A DNA stretch of 64,000 bases from Trueperaceae bacterium. GTDB taxonomy: Bacteria > Deinococcota > Deinococci > Deinococcales > Trueperaceae. Made by a program: the position numbers and the translations under genes. The DNA is taken from contig OZ243913.1 of NCBI GenBank assembly GCA_965213705.1, forward strand, positions 672,001 through 736,000. The letters run 5' to 3'. Shown in pieces: positions 18,284 through 27,505 of the stretch; position 1 is the stretch's first letter, and each line of letters begins with the position of its first letter. Below the pieces are notes generated by a model. The model was given only the letters and a program-made list of their open reading frames with translations, had not been told where the DNA came from and did no database searches.

Positions 18284-19798
18284 GTGACGTCAAGAGATTA
18301 TCAAGAGTTTATCGAGATTGTTATGGAGCGAGTTGATTCGATTGAACTTGACGAGGAATTTATAGAGATTGATTCTGCAAGCTCCAAGTTAGAATTAGAG
18401 GATTTCTTTCGTGGCAGTAATCTGGACTTCATCCATGATTTGCTTAATCGCAAGCTCGGGATGCTCTTCAAATATCAAGCTTCAAGTGTGAAGTTTCCTA
18501 TTTTGCCTGAAGATGTCAAAGAGGCGGCTAAATTTTTGGTCAAGAGCAGGAGCATGTTTTGGGACGCGCTAGCTATGAGGGATGCAAAGCAACTATTGAT
18601 TGCACTGATAATCTTTAGGCGTTTTGAGCTTGATTACACACTGCTTTTTGACTCTTCACAGCTAGACCAAGAGCAACGCTCCTGGTTGGTCGGCTGTTTG
18701 ATGAAGCTTTTATCGCTCAAAACAAGTGTTGATGTTGAAGTAAACGCAAACGTGCCAGAGTATGAAAAGAAATTGCTTCAGAGTTATCAAGTTGGGTTTG
18801 AAAACCTAGACATAAGAAGAGTTTACGAATTTATAGAGGCGCTAGAGAGAAGCAATATTTTCTACAGCCACTACTTGAGTGATGAGGCGCGCAAAGTTCT
18901 TTATTATGTTGATGTCGATCAATTCGATTGGCAGCTACAGCAGAAAACGGAGCTGTTAGAGATTATCGCTTTTTTGAAAAATTTATCGTTTGGGGCCAAA
19001 CTCTTTCTCTTGAACAAAAAGCGTAATTTCAATGAATGGACTTTGTTTGAGACTGTCAGGCAACTACTTCAAAAGAAAAACTCTAATTCTTGGGACCAAG
19101 AGAATATTGAGATTCTTTCCACTGGTATAGAACGTGTTTATGAGAAAAACTCTGTATTTTTTTCGGATATGAACAGTTATTTTTTAGGGAATATCGTGTA
19201 CAATAGCGCGTTAGGAAAAGTGCTTGCAACAATAGAATTGAAACACTTCAAAGAATTCATAAATAGAATCGAATTTAGTAAGTACAAAGATGTAAACAAG
19301 CTTCGTGCCTTCTGCGAATTACTTTCGTGCCTTGACAAATACGACTCTGATACACGCACCATTTTGTTCTGCCGAAGTATTTACAAGAAGTGGGAGATTT
19401 TTCTTCAGAGTAAGTATGGTAACGGAGAGTATCTTTTTAAGCCTACAGTTACAGATTACTTTTGTGTTCTTCTAGGTCATCTCCAAATAAAGCTTGACAC
19501 TCGACGAAAAGCAGTGAGAGCCGTTGGCAAGATTGTTCAATCCCTCGAGGAAATTCAATCCAGGTGGTTTAAAAACGCAATTGAAAGAACCTCTTTCTAT
19601 TTTGTTCAGCTATCGAAACTATATCTATTGAGCTTCCTATGGCGAGAGCAGGACTTTGAATTTGCATCGAATTCGCGCGTCAAAAATAGCTTGACTGGCT
19701 TTTTATCAGACAAACGGTTTCATATATTAAATCGAGGCATAGGCGAAGGAGACTACTACTTGGAGATGTCTAAAAACTTTGGCCTCGAAAAAAAGTAA
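18284..19798 (+). CDS. AT-rich hypothetical protein, probably alpha-helical; partner of the VPA1262-like gene
   Basis: Uninterrupted ~500-aa ORF; GTGA overlap with the upstream stop. Confidence 0.75.
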   Translation: MTSRDYQEFIEIVMERVDSIELDEEFIEIDSASSKLELEDFFRGSNLDFIHDLLNRKLGMLFKYQASSVKFPILPEDVKEAAKFLVKSRSMFWDALAMRDAKQLLIALIIFRRFELDYTLLFDSSQLDQEQRSWLVGCLMKLLSLKTSVDVEVNANVPEYEKKLLQSYQVGFENLDIRRVYEFIEALERSNIFYSHYLSDEARKVLYYVDVDQFDWQLQQKTELLEIIAFLKNLSFGAKLFLLNKKRNFNEWTLFETVRQLLQKKNSNSWDQENIEILSTGIERVYEKNSVFFSDMNSYFLGNIVYNSALGKVLATIELKHFKEFINRIEFSKYKDVNKLRAFCELLSCLDKYDSDTRTILFCRSIYKKWEIFLQSKYGNGEYLFKPTVTDYFCVLLGHLQIKLDTRRKAVRAVGKIVQSLEEIQSRWFKNAIERTSFYFVQLSKLYLLSFLWREQDFEFASNSRVKNSLTGFLSDKRFHILNRGIGEGDYYLEMSKNFGLEKK

Positions 19799-19811
19799 TC
19801 CAAGGCTTACC

Positions 19812-22658
19812 TCAGTTCAAGACCTTCCTCAAAAACTCCCCCGTATAACTCCCCGCCACCTTCGCCACACACTCCGGCGTCCCCTGCGCGATGACCTGCC
19901 CGCCGCCGTCGCCCCCTTCCGGCCCTAAGTCGATAAGGTAGTCCGCCGTCTTGACCACGTCCAGGTTGTGCTCGATGACGATGACCGTGTTGCCCGCGTC
20001 CACCAGGCGGTGCAAGACTTCTAACAGCTTTTGAATGTCGGCAAAGTGCAGCCCCGTAGTGGGCTCGTCCAAAAAGTAGACGGTCTTGCCGGTCGAGCGT
20101 TTGGAGAGTTCCTTGGCGAGCTTGATGCGCTGCGCCTCGCCGCCGCTGAACGTCAGGGCGCTCTGGCCGAGTTTGATGTAGTCCAGCCCGACATCGTGGA
20201 GGGTTTGCAGGACGCGGTAGATTTTGGGGTGGTTCTCGAAGAAAAGAAGCGCTTCTTGCACGTCCATCTCGAGCACGTCCGCAATCGTTTTGCCCTTGTA
20301 ACGCACCTGCAGGGTTTCGCGGTTGTAGCGGTGGCCGTTGCACTCTTTACACGTGACCCACACGTCGGCCAAAAAGTGCATCTCGATTTGGATGGAGCCG
20401 TAACCGCCGCAAGCTTCGCAGCGGCCGCCTTTGACGTTGAAGGAAAAACGCCCTTTTTTGTAGCCGCGCTTTTTCGCTTCGGGTACAAGCGCGAACACGT
20501 CGCGGATGTGGTCGAACACGCCCGCGTAGGTCGCCGGGTTGCTGCGCGGCGTGCGACCGATGGGGTCCTGGGTGATGTGGATGACCTTGTCGAGGTGCTC
20601 GAGGCCGCCGATGCTTTTGTGCGGCCCAGCCGTGACCGAAGCCCCGTTGAGGCTGCGCGCGAGGGCCGGGTAGAGCGTCCCGGTGACGAGGCTCGACTTG
20701 CCGCTGCCCGACACGCCCGTGACGCAAGTGAGTGTGCCGAGCGGGATGCGGGCGTCCACCTGCTGTAAGTTGTGGAGGCTGGCACCACAGATTTCGAGAT
20801 AATTCTCGCCCCGCCGCCGCTCGGGGTTGGGCGGCGCGATGGTGTCTTTGCCGCTCAGGTAGCGGCCCGTCAGGGACTTGCTGCTCTTGAGGATTTGCTT
20901 GTGCGTGCCCGCCGCGACGAGGTCGCCGCCCTGGACGCCCGCGCCGGGGCCGAGGTCGAGAATATAGTCGGCCCGGCTCATCGTCTCTTCGTCGTGCTCG
21001 ACGACCAACACCGTGTTGCCCATGTCGCGGAGGCGCTCGAGCGTTTGAATGAGCGCCTCGTTGTCGCGCGCGTGGAGGCCGATACTCGGTTCGTCCAGGA
21101 TATAGAGCACGCCCATCAGTCCGCTGCCGATTTGTGAGGCCAAACGGATGCGCTGACCCTCGCCGCCGGAAAGTGTCCCGGCGCGGCGGTCGAGCGTGAG
21201 GTAGTGCAGCCCGACGTTGAGCATGAACTGCAAGCGCTCGCGGATTTCCTTGAGGACTTCCCCGGCAATCTCGAGGTCGCGCTCACCCGCCTCAGTCTCG
21301 AACCTTTTAATCCACGCGGTCGCCTCGCCGATAGAAAAGGCGCTCAGCGCGGGCAGCGACGCGCCGCCGACGGTGACGGCCCTGGCTGCGGGGCTCAGGC
21401 GTTCGCCCGCACAGTCCGGGCAGGGCAACTCGTTCATAAACGTCTCGTACCACTCGCGCGCGTCGTCCGAGTCGGTCTCGCGGTAGCGCTGCTCGATATT
21501 GTACATCGCGCCCCAGATTTTGCGGTTGCGCGTGCGCACCGTGCCGCGTTTGTTGGTGTGGCGAATGGGGATGGTCTGGCCGCCGGAGCCGTAGAGCAGC
21601 GCGTGCCGCGTCTCTTCGGGCAAGTCTTTCCAGGGTGTGTCGAGGTCTCCGCCGTAATGGGCGACGATGGAGGCGACCACGCTCACCGTCCAGCCGGACT
21701 TTTTCTTCAGTTCGCCGTAGTAGCCCATCGCGCCGTCGTTCAGGCTCAGGCTCGAGTTCGGAACAACGAGGTTTGGGTCGGCGCTCGCCTGCGTGCCGAG
21801 GCCGTGGCAGGTTTCGCACATGCCGAGGGGCGAGTTGAAGCTGAACATCTGCGTGGAGAGTTCGGGAAACGAGATGTCGCAGTGGGGACAGGCATTGTGC
21901 TCGCTCAGCAGCACGTCAGCCTCGCCCGTGTCGGCGATGAGGAGGCCGTTTGCGGTTTTCAGGGTGAGTTCGACGGACTCGGTCAGTCGGCCCATGAACG
22001 CAGCGTCGTCCGCGGCATCTTCAGGAATGACGAGGCGGTCGATGATGACTTCGATGGAGTGTTTGTTCTTTTTCTCGAGGTCGATGTCGTCCGTCAGCGT
22101 GAGGGTTTCGCCGTTGACACGGGCGCGTATGAAACCGGCGGCGCGCGCGTCTTTGATGACCTCGACGTGCGTGCCCTTGCGGTTGCGGACAACGGGGGCC
22201 AACAGTTGCAGCTTCGTTCCCTCGGGCAAAGCAGCAAGTTGCCGGGCGATTTGTTCGGCGCTCTGCGCGTGGACCTCGCGGCCGCAATTCGGGCAGTGCG
22301 GCGTGCCGATGTTGGCGTAGAGCACGCGCAAGTAGTCCATCACTTCGGTGACAGTCGCGACGGTCGAGCGGGGGTTTTTGCTCACGGTTTTTTGCTCGAT
22401 GGCGATGGCGGGGGAGAGGCCGCCGATGTAGTCGACCTTGGGCTTTTCCATCTGGCCCAAAAACTGCCGCGCGTAGCTCGACAAGCTCTCGACGTAGCGC
22501 CGCTGTCCCTCGGCATAAATGGTGTCAAAGGCTAAGCTCGACTTGCCCGAACCCGACACGCCGGTAATCACCACGAGTTTGTCCCTGGGAATCGTCACGT
22601 CGATGTTTTTCAAGTTGTGGTGCTTCGCGCCGCGAACCGTAATGTGCTTTAAGGCCAT
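19812..22658 (-). CDS. uvrA: Excinuclease ABC subunit A
   Basis: Two GVSGSGKSSL Walker A motifs, LSGGEGQRIRLA, Zn fingers, FSFNVKGGRCEAC. Confidence 0.98.
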   Translation of the reverse strand: MALKHITVRGAKHHNLKNIDVTIPRDKLVVITGVSGSGKSSLAFDTIYAEGQRRYVESLSSYARQFLGQMEKPKVDYIGGLSPAIAIEQKTVSKNPRSTVATVTEVMDYLRVLYANIGTPHCPNCGREVHAQSAEQIARQLAALPEGTKLQLLAPVVRNRKGTHVEVIKDARAAGFIRARVNGETLTLTDDIDLEKKNKHSIEVIIDRLVIPEDAADDAAFMGRLTESVELTLKTANGLLIADTGEADVLLSEHNACPHCDISFPELSTQMFSFNSPLGMCETCHGLGTQASADPNLVVPNSSLSLNDGAMGYYGELKKKSGWTVSVVASIVAHYGGDLDTPWKDLPEETRHALLYGSGGQTIPIRHTNKRGTVRTRNRKIWGAMYNIEQRYRETDSDDAREWYETFMNELPCPDCAGERLSPAARAVTVGGASLPALSAFSIGEATAWIKRFETEAGERDLEIAGEVLKEIRERLQFMLNVGLHYLTLDRRAGTLSGGEGQRIRLASQIGSGLMGVLYILDEPSIGLHARDNEALIQTLERLRDMGNTVLVVEHDEETMSRADYILDLGPGAGVQGGDLVAAGTHKQILKSSKSLTGRYLSGKDTIAPPNPERRRGENYLEICGASLHNLQQVDARIPLGTLTCVTGVSGSGKSSLVTGTLYPALARSLNGASVTAGPHKSIGGLEHLDKVIHITQDPIGRTPRSNPATYAGVFDHIRDVFALVPEAKKRGYKKGRFSFNVKGGRCEACGGYGSIQIEMHFLADVWVTCKECNGHRYNRETLQVRYKGKTIADVLEMDVQEALLFFENHPKIYRVLQTLHDVGLDYIKLGQSALTFSGGEAQRIKLAKELSKRSTGKTVYFLDEPTTGLHFADIQKLLEVLHRLVDAGNTVIVIEHNLDVVKTADYLIDLGPEGGDGGGQVIAQGTPECVAKVAGSYTGEFLRKVLN

Positions 22659-22843
22659 GAAAGTCTCCCGCTCGAGCTGAACTTATCTACCTAGCCGACC
22701 AAACTCAACGAAAAAGTATACCTTAAAAATTAAGGACTCTGTCAGGTTTAGGACAAGGTTGACTTGGCAACTCGAGCAAACCTGAAACCCTCGGAGAGCA
22801 GCCCAAGTAGGTCTCAAGAGGAAATGCGACTATACTTAAACCC

Positions 22844-23785
22844 ATGAGTATCAGAAAATCTATACGAACACGCAAGTTGAAGCACCTTGGGTTGACCTAC
22901 TTACTACTTTTGGGCGGAGCTTGGGCACAAGGAGAAAAGATACCCGCTTTTCAAGTCATTCCCGTTTACGAAGGTCAGTTGGCTTTTATAGAGGCAATTC
23001 AAGCACAACCGGAACTGAGGCCCCTCGAGAAAACCGAACGTTATCAGGAGCTTGCCCTCGCTCCTTACGCCGAGGTGTGTGGGGCTGAGGGCGAAAAAGC
23101 GTTCGTTCAAAGTAACTACGGTTATGAGGTCAATGACCTCGAGACCTGGAAAAATGCTGTTCAGGACCTTATAGCAACAGATATAGCCGGTGCCGTCGAG
23201 GAAGGCGTGACGAGGTCGGCGTCTCTATTGTCGGCAGACCCTATCACCTTTTGTGTCTTTGCCCTGCACCCGAGCGAAAATACCTCGCTGTTGAAAAGGT
23301 TGGGGGGCGTGACGGGCTACACCGCTGCGGGAAACGTTGTTCTTCTCGAGGTTTACCCCGAGGGGGCGTGGCTCGAGTGGGTCGCGCCCAGCGTCGCCCA
23401 CGAGTACCACCACGCGGCTTGGTTGCAGCGCTTCCCGGACGGTTTTGACGGCTTCCAACTCACTGATTACCTTATCCTCGAGGGTAGAGCCGGCAGTTTT
23501 GCGGAGCTTGCTTACCCCGATTCTCCGGAACCCTGGACCAAAGCCTTGACCCCGGACGAACAGCATGTGCAGTGGGAAGCTTTACAGCCTCACTTGGGAA
23601 CGCGCAACCGGGGGCTCCAACAGAGAATTATGTTCGGCGGCGAGCGCTACCCTACCTGGACGGGTTATGTGATTGGCTTTAACATCGTTCAGTCATTTTT
23701 GAAAAAGCACCCGGACATGGATGTTGCAACTTGGACGGAGATGGACGCCCAAGAACTTTTGGAGCGCAGCGGCTACGCGCCTTGA
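22844..23785 (+). CDS. DUF2268-family predicted Zn-dependent protease, exported
   Basis: VAHEYHH, ILEGRA.SFA, WTGYVIGFNIV. Confidence 0.82.
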   Translation: MSIRKSIRTRKLKHLGLTYLLLLGGAWAQGEKIPAFQVIPVYEGQLAFIEAIQAQPELRPLEKTERYQELALAPYAEVCGAEGEKAFVQSNYGYEVNDLETWKNAVQDLIATDIAGAVEEGVTRSASLLSADPITFCVFALHPSENTSLLKRLGGVTGYTAAGNVVLLEVYPEGAWLEWVAPSVAHEYHHAAWLQRFPDGFDGFQLTDYLILEGRAGSFAELAYPDSPEPWTKALTPDEQHVQWEALQPHLGTRNRGLQQRIMFGGERYPTWTGYVIGFNIVQSFLKKHPDMDVATWTEMDAQELLERSGYAP

Positions 23786-24029
23786 CCCCACGTTTTCTTC
23801 AGCACTACGACTTTTTTACTGCTCAGCGAACATAATTCCGAAGCGACCATGTTGAAGAGGTTTGTGCTTACCTGAGTGAGCAAGAAAAGTGACCTAAACG
23901 TAACGTAGTACCGGGTCAGACTGTACACTTGAGACAGGATGAAACCGACAACGACTGAGACAGCTGAGTTTGAGGTCAGGTTTGGGTGTACGGTGCGCGT
24001 TTGCGCTCGAGGGCTCTCGAGGTGTGTCT

Positions 24030-24923
24030 ATGCGGATTAGGGTCGGCTGTGAACTCCTTTACAAAATACCTTACGAAGCGCCCCTCATCATCAAAGTGCA
24101 ATTGCGGGGCGGCCGCTATCACGAGCTTGTCGAGGAGCGCTGGGGCGCGACGCCCGACATCCCCATCACCACCTTCACAGACGAGTTCGGCAACCAGGTG
24201 TGGCGCTTGCTCGCGCCCGGCGGCGAGTTGCGCCTGAAGTACGACGCCCTCGCCGAGGTGCCGCCGGAACCCGACGCGGTGTTGCCCGACCTCAAAAAAG
24301 ACCTCGTCCAAGACTTGCCCGACGACGTGCTCATGTACACCCTGCCGAGCCGCTACTGCCAGTCCGACCTGTTTATCGACGACGCCTGGCGGATGTTCGG
24401 CGACGTCACGCCGGGCTGGGCGCAGGTGCAGGCGATTTGTGACTGGCTGCACGGCAACATCGCTTACGAGGCGGGCAGCACGCCGTCGACCACCAGTTTC
24501 GACGCTTACCAAGAGCAGCGCGGTGTGTGCCGCGACTTCGCGCACTTAGGCGTGTCGTTTTGCCGCGCGCTGAACATCCCGGCGCGCTACACCTGCGGCT
24601 ATTTACCCGACATCGGCGTGCCGCTGCCCCCCGTGCCGATGGACTTTCACGCCTGGTTTGAGGCGTACCTGGACGGCGACTGGCGCACCTTCGACGCGCG
24701 CCACAACGAGCCGCGAATAGGCCGGGCACTTATCGCTTACGGCCGCGACGCGGTCGACGCGGCCTTTGCCACCTCGTTCGGGGCGAGCCGGCTCACCCGT
24801 TTGCAAGTCTGGGCCGACCGAGTCGACGAAAAAACGACCCTCGACGACCCGCTCGTACCCCAGTATCCCTTTGCCGAGCCGAGCATCATCCACAACGAGC
24901 CACAAAACGAGGTACAGAAGTGA
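24030..24923 (+). CDS. Transglutaminase-like family protein
   Basis: GVCRDFAH, DFHAWFE, FDARH (Cys-His-Asp triad). Confidence 0.92.
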   Translation: MRIRVGCELLYKIPYEAPLIIKVQLRGGRYHELVEERWGATPDIPITTFTDEFGNQVWRLLAPGGELRLKYDALAEVPPEPDAVLPDLKKDLVQDLPDDVLMYTLPSRYCQSDLFIDDAWRMFGDVTPGWAQVQAICDWLHGNIAYEAGSTPSTTSFDAYQEQRGVCRDFAHLGVSFCRALNIPARYTCGYLPDIGVPLPPVPMDFHAWFEAYLDGDWRTFDARHNEPRIGRALIAYGRDAVDAAFATSFGASRLTRLQVWADRVDEKTTLDDPLVPQYPFAEPSIIHNEPQNEVQK

Positions 24924-25846
24924 TGCCGGGTGCGTTGGCCCCCGAAGTCGCGTTTTTGAATCACCGCGAGTTGAGTTGGCAGGGCGTGAAGCGGGCGCGC
25001 TACCTGTTTTACCAGCACTTTCACTACGCTTACCCCGGTCCCATCCGCGACCTGCGTCACCGGCTGGTGGTCGTGCCCGCCGCGCGCTACGGCGACCAGC
25101 AACTCTGCGACCACCACCTCCGGGTCGCGCCGGTCGAGGTAAGGACAAATAGCACCCTGGACGCCTTCGGCAACCGTGTTTTTGAATTCGAGGCTCCCAG
25201 GGTAACGGGCGCAGTCTCGTTCGAAGTGCTGACCGAACTCGAGCGCACCACCGCCGACCACCCTCACCTCACACCGGGTGTGGACGCCGACCTGTTTTTG
25301 GAGCCGACCGCGCTCACCGAGGCCGACGCGCGCATTCGTGAGACGGCGCTGGGTCTCGGAGAAACCGCTGCGGACGACCGCGTCCTCGCCGCCGCCATCA
25401 ACGCTTGGGTTTACGGCGCGATGCGCTACGGCTACGGCGTGACCCACGTCGGCACCACCGCCGCGCAAGCTTTAGCGACCGGCCAAGGTTTGTGCCAGGA
25501 CTACGCCCACCTCATGCTGGCGCTCTGCCGCGCGGCGGGGCTGCGGGCGCGCTACGTGTCGGGGCACATGCTCGCCGAGGGCGGTTCGCACGCCTGGGTC
25601 GAAGTCTTGTTGCCGGTCGCGGACGGTTTCGAGGTCGTCGCCTACGACCCGACCAACAAGCGCCGGCCGGGGTTGAACTACGTCACCGTGGCGGTGGGGC
25701 GCGACTACCGCGACGTCGCGCCGACCTCGGGGTCTTACCAGGGGTCGTACGTCGGACAGCTGACCATCACCAAGCGCGCCGGGCTGACCGCCGTGGAATA
25801 CGAGTGTGGGCAGGTCGTGGGCGACCACACGCGATTGGCCGCTTGA
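24920..25846 (+). CDS. Transglutaminase-like family protein with N-terminal Bact_transglu_N domain
   Basis: GLCQDYAH, SHAWVEV, YDPTN, VAVGRDYRDV. Confidence 0.92.
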   Translation: MMPGALAPEVAFLNHRELSWQGVKRARYLFYQHFHYAYPGPIRDLRHRLVVVPAARYGDQQLCDHHLRVAPVEVRTNSTLDAFGNRVFEFEAPRVTGAVSFEVLTELERTTADHPHLTPGVDADLFLEPTALTEADARIRETALGLGETAADDRVLAAAINAWVYGAMRYGYGVTHVGTTAAQALATGQGLCQDYAHLMLALCRAAGLRARYVSGHMLAEGGSHAWVEVLLPVADGFEVVAYDPTNKRRPGLNYVTVAVGRDYRDVAPTSGSYQGSYVGQLTITKRAGLTAVEYECGQVVGDHTRLAA

Positions 25847-25848
25847 GG

Positions 25849-26484
25849 TCAGCCGACCGGCACCTCTTTTTGCTTTTCTGACGACCGCGCGGCTCGAGCC
25901 TTTTTAGGCTTCGCCTGTTTCTCTTCTACAGGCTCCTTGTCCACATCTTTTTTGGCTTGCCGCACCTTGACGCTTTCCAGCGGCGTGTCCCGCGCGGGCA
26001 GTTTGAGCTTGTCGCGCGCGCCGTCGTAGGCGTTCAGCAGTAGGTAAACCGCGCCTTGCAGGTCGGAAAGTCCGCTCAGCAAATTGTCCTTGGTGCCGTT
26101 CATGAGGTTCAGGCTGTTGGCGTTGGCTTGCTCGAGTTCCTGCACGCTAGAGAGCAGGTCGCGCGCCGCCTGGCTCGCGTAGACGGTCTTTTTAGCTACA
26201 CGCTCTTTGTGCAGTTCGCCGAAGTAGCTCTTTTTCCAAACGGCCAACTTTTTGTCGTCGGCTATCGAAAAGTCCACCACGTCCACGTCGCGGCTGAGCA
26301 GTTTGTCGCTACCCTCGACGCGCTCTAGCCACACGTTCAGGGTGGTAGGTAGGGTGTGGCCTTCCAAATTCAAGTCGCCCGCCGCGACGTCCGTTTTGAC
26401 GCGCTCGTATAGCGCTTTGAGGTCGCGCCGGTTTTTGACTTCGAAAGCTTCGTCTTGTAAAAAGCTGCTAAAGGTTACGGGCAT
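25849..26484 (-). CDS. Hypothetical protein with Lys-rich tail
   Basis: Host-like codon usage, GGAGG RBS before ATG 26484. Confidence 0.7.
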   Translation of the reverse strand: MPVTFSSFLQDEAFEVKNRRDLKALYERVKTDVAAGDLNLEGHTLPTTLNVWLERVEGSDKLLSRDVDVVDFSIADDKKLAVWKKSYFGELHKERVAKKTVYASQAARDLLSSVQELEQANANSLNLMNGTKDNLLSGLSDLQGAVYLLLNAYDGARDKLKLPARDTPLESVKVRQAKKDVDKEPVEEKQAKPKKARAARSSEKQKEVPVG

Positions 26485-26691
26485 GTTTTCCTCCAAAAAT
26501 TTCGTCGTCTGCCGTAGCGTTCAAAGGATACCTTAGATTTTAAGGTAGTTGTGTCTGCGCCCGTGCGAAGTTTTGGGAAGTGACCGACGTCATCTCCGGA
26601 GGGTAGTGAAAAAACAGAAAAAAACTAAGTCTTCCCGAAAAGTCAGCCCGCTCCTTTTTAAGGTTTTCGAACAGGGCCAAGCAAGGCCTAG

Positions 26692-27369
26692 CTACCAAGC
26701 CAGGGGAGACCCGTCGTAATTCAGGTACACGCCGGACTCGTCCGTTTTCAGCTTCGCTAAAGCGTCTTTCATCTCCCGGACGCTTTCTTCCGGGCTGAGG
26801 CTGGCATTGGGTCCGCCCATGTCGGTGCGCACCCAACCGGGGCTTATCGCTACCGTGCGGATATTCTGCGGTTTCAAGTCCTGCGCCAAGGTGGCGACGA
26901 CCATGTTGAGGGCGGCTTTGGAACTGCGGTAGACGATTTCTCCGCCGGTCGACCCTGCAACACTTCCCAAAGCGCTGCTCATAAAAACCAGCAGCTTGTC
27001 CTGACTGGTTGCCACGTTGCGAACAAAGGCTTGCGCAACGAGTGTGGGCGCGACTACGTTGACGCTGAGGACGTTCGACCAAACGTCTCGGTTCAGGTCG
27101 GCAAGCTCTACGCCTCTGGGGCCGAACATGCCTGCGTTGTTAAAAAGAATGTCGATGGGTTCGCCTTTGAGTTTTTCGCTGAGCGCGCCGGTGGAAGCGC
27201 CGTCGGTCACGTCCAGTTCCAAGGGCTCGAGCCCCAGCTTCCGGAGCGCGTGAGCCGCCTGGGGTTCGCGGCAGGTGGCGAGGACCCGCCACTGGTCGGC
27301 TTGGTACTGTTTAGCCAGCTCCAGGCCCAAGCCCCTGTTCGCACCCGTGACGAGAATAGTTTTGGTCAT
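26692..27369 (-). CDS. SDR oxidoreductase (CsgA-like)
   Basis: TGANRGLG, NNAG, YRSSK, SPGWVRTDMGG. Confidence 0.93.
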   Translation of the reverse strand: MTKTILVTGANRGLGLELAKQYQADQWRVLATCREPQAAHALRKLGLEPLELDVTDGASTGALSEKLKGEPIDILFNNAGMFGPRGVELADLNRDVWSNVLSVNVVAPTLVAQAFVRNVATSQDKLLVFMSSALGSVAGSTGGEIVYRSSKAALNMVVATLAQDLKPQNIRTVAISPGWVRTDMGGPNASLSPEESVREMKDALAKLKTDESGVYLNYDGSPLAW

Positions 27370-27505
27370 GGGTCAGCTTAGCGCGACTTCGGCGGCAGAC
27401 ACAGGTGCCGTTCCTAGTGACCATCTTTCTGCTCGAGGGTTTTCGACACGCCGCTCGGTGCTTTGCGACGCAGACCGAAACCGACCTCCGGCTCTAAACT
27501 TCGGT

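Larger units (their letters stand above)
15607..18287 (+). pseudogene. VPA1262-like protein with C-terminal PLD-like nuclease motif, split by an IS and a frameshift
   Basis: Removing the IS and one TSD copy restores ...VLKNNFDSGSYVLEFF; +1 frameshift near 17503 (STSL/ILRTFRGAAIKGF...); C-terminal YLWDPYL, FHDRFLIF, WSLGISVNQLG. Confidence 0.75.

Noticed and set aside
20031..22535. Long antisense ORFs opposite uvrA (and similar ones opposite fabF, murJ and the M14 peptidase)
   Set aside because: Shadow ORFs caused by GC-biased codon usage; no recognisable motifs.
22660..22840. Radiation/desiccation response motif or SOS box upstream of uvrA
   Set aside because: No convincing palindrome matching the consensus was seen.
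26500..26690. Possible riboswitch upstream of the hypothetical gene
   Set aside because: Only short GGGAAG/CTTCCC complementarity; no recognisable aptamer core.
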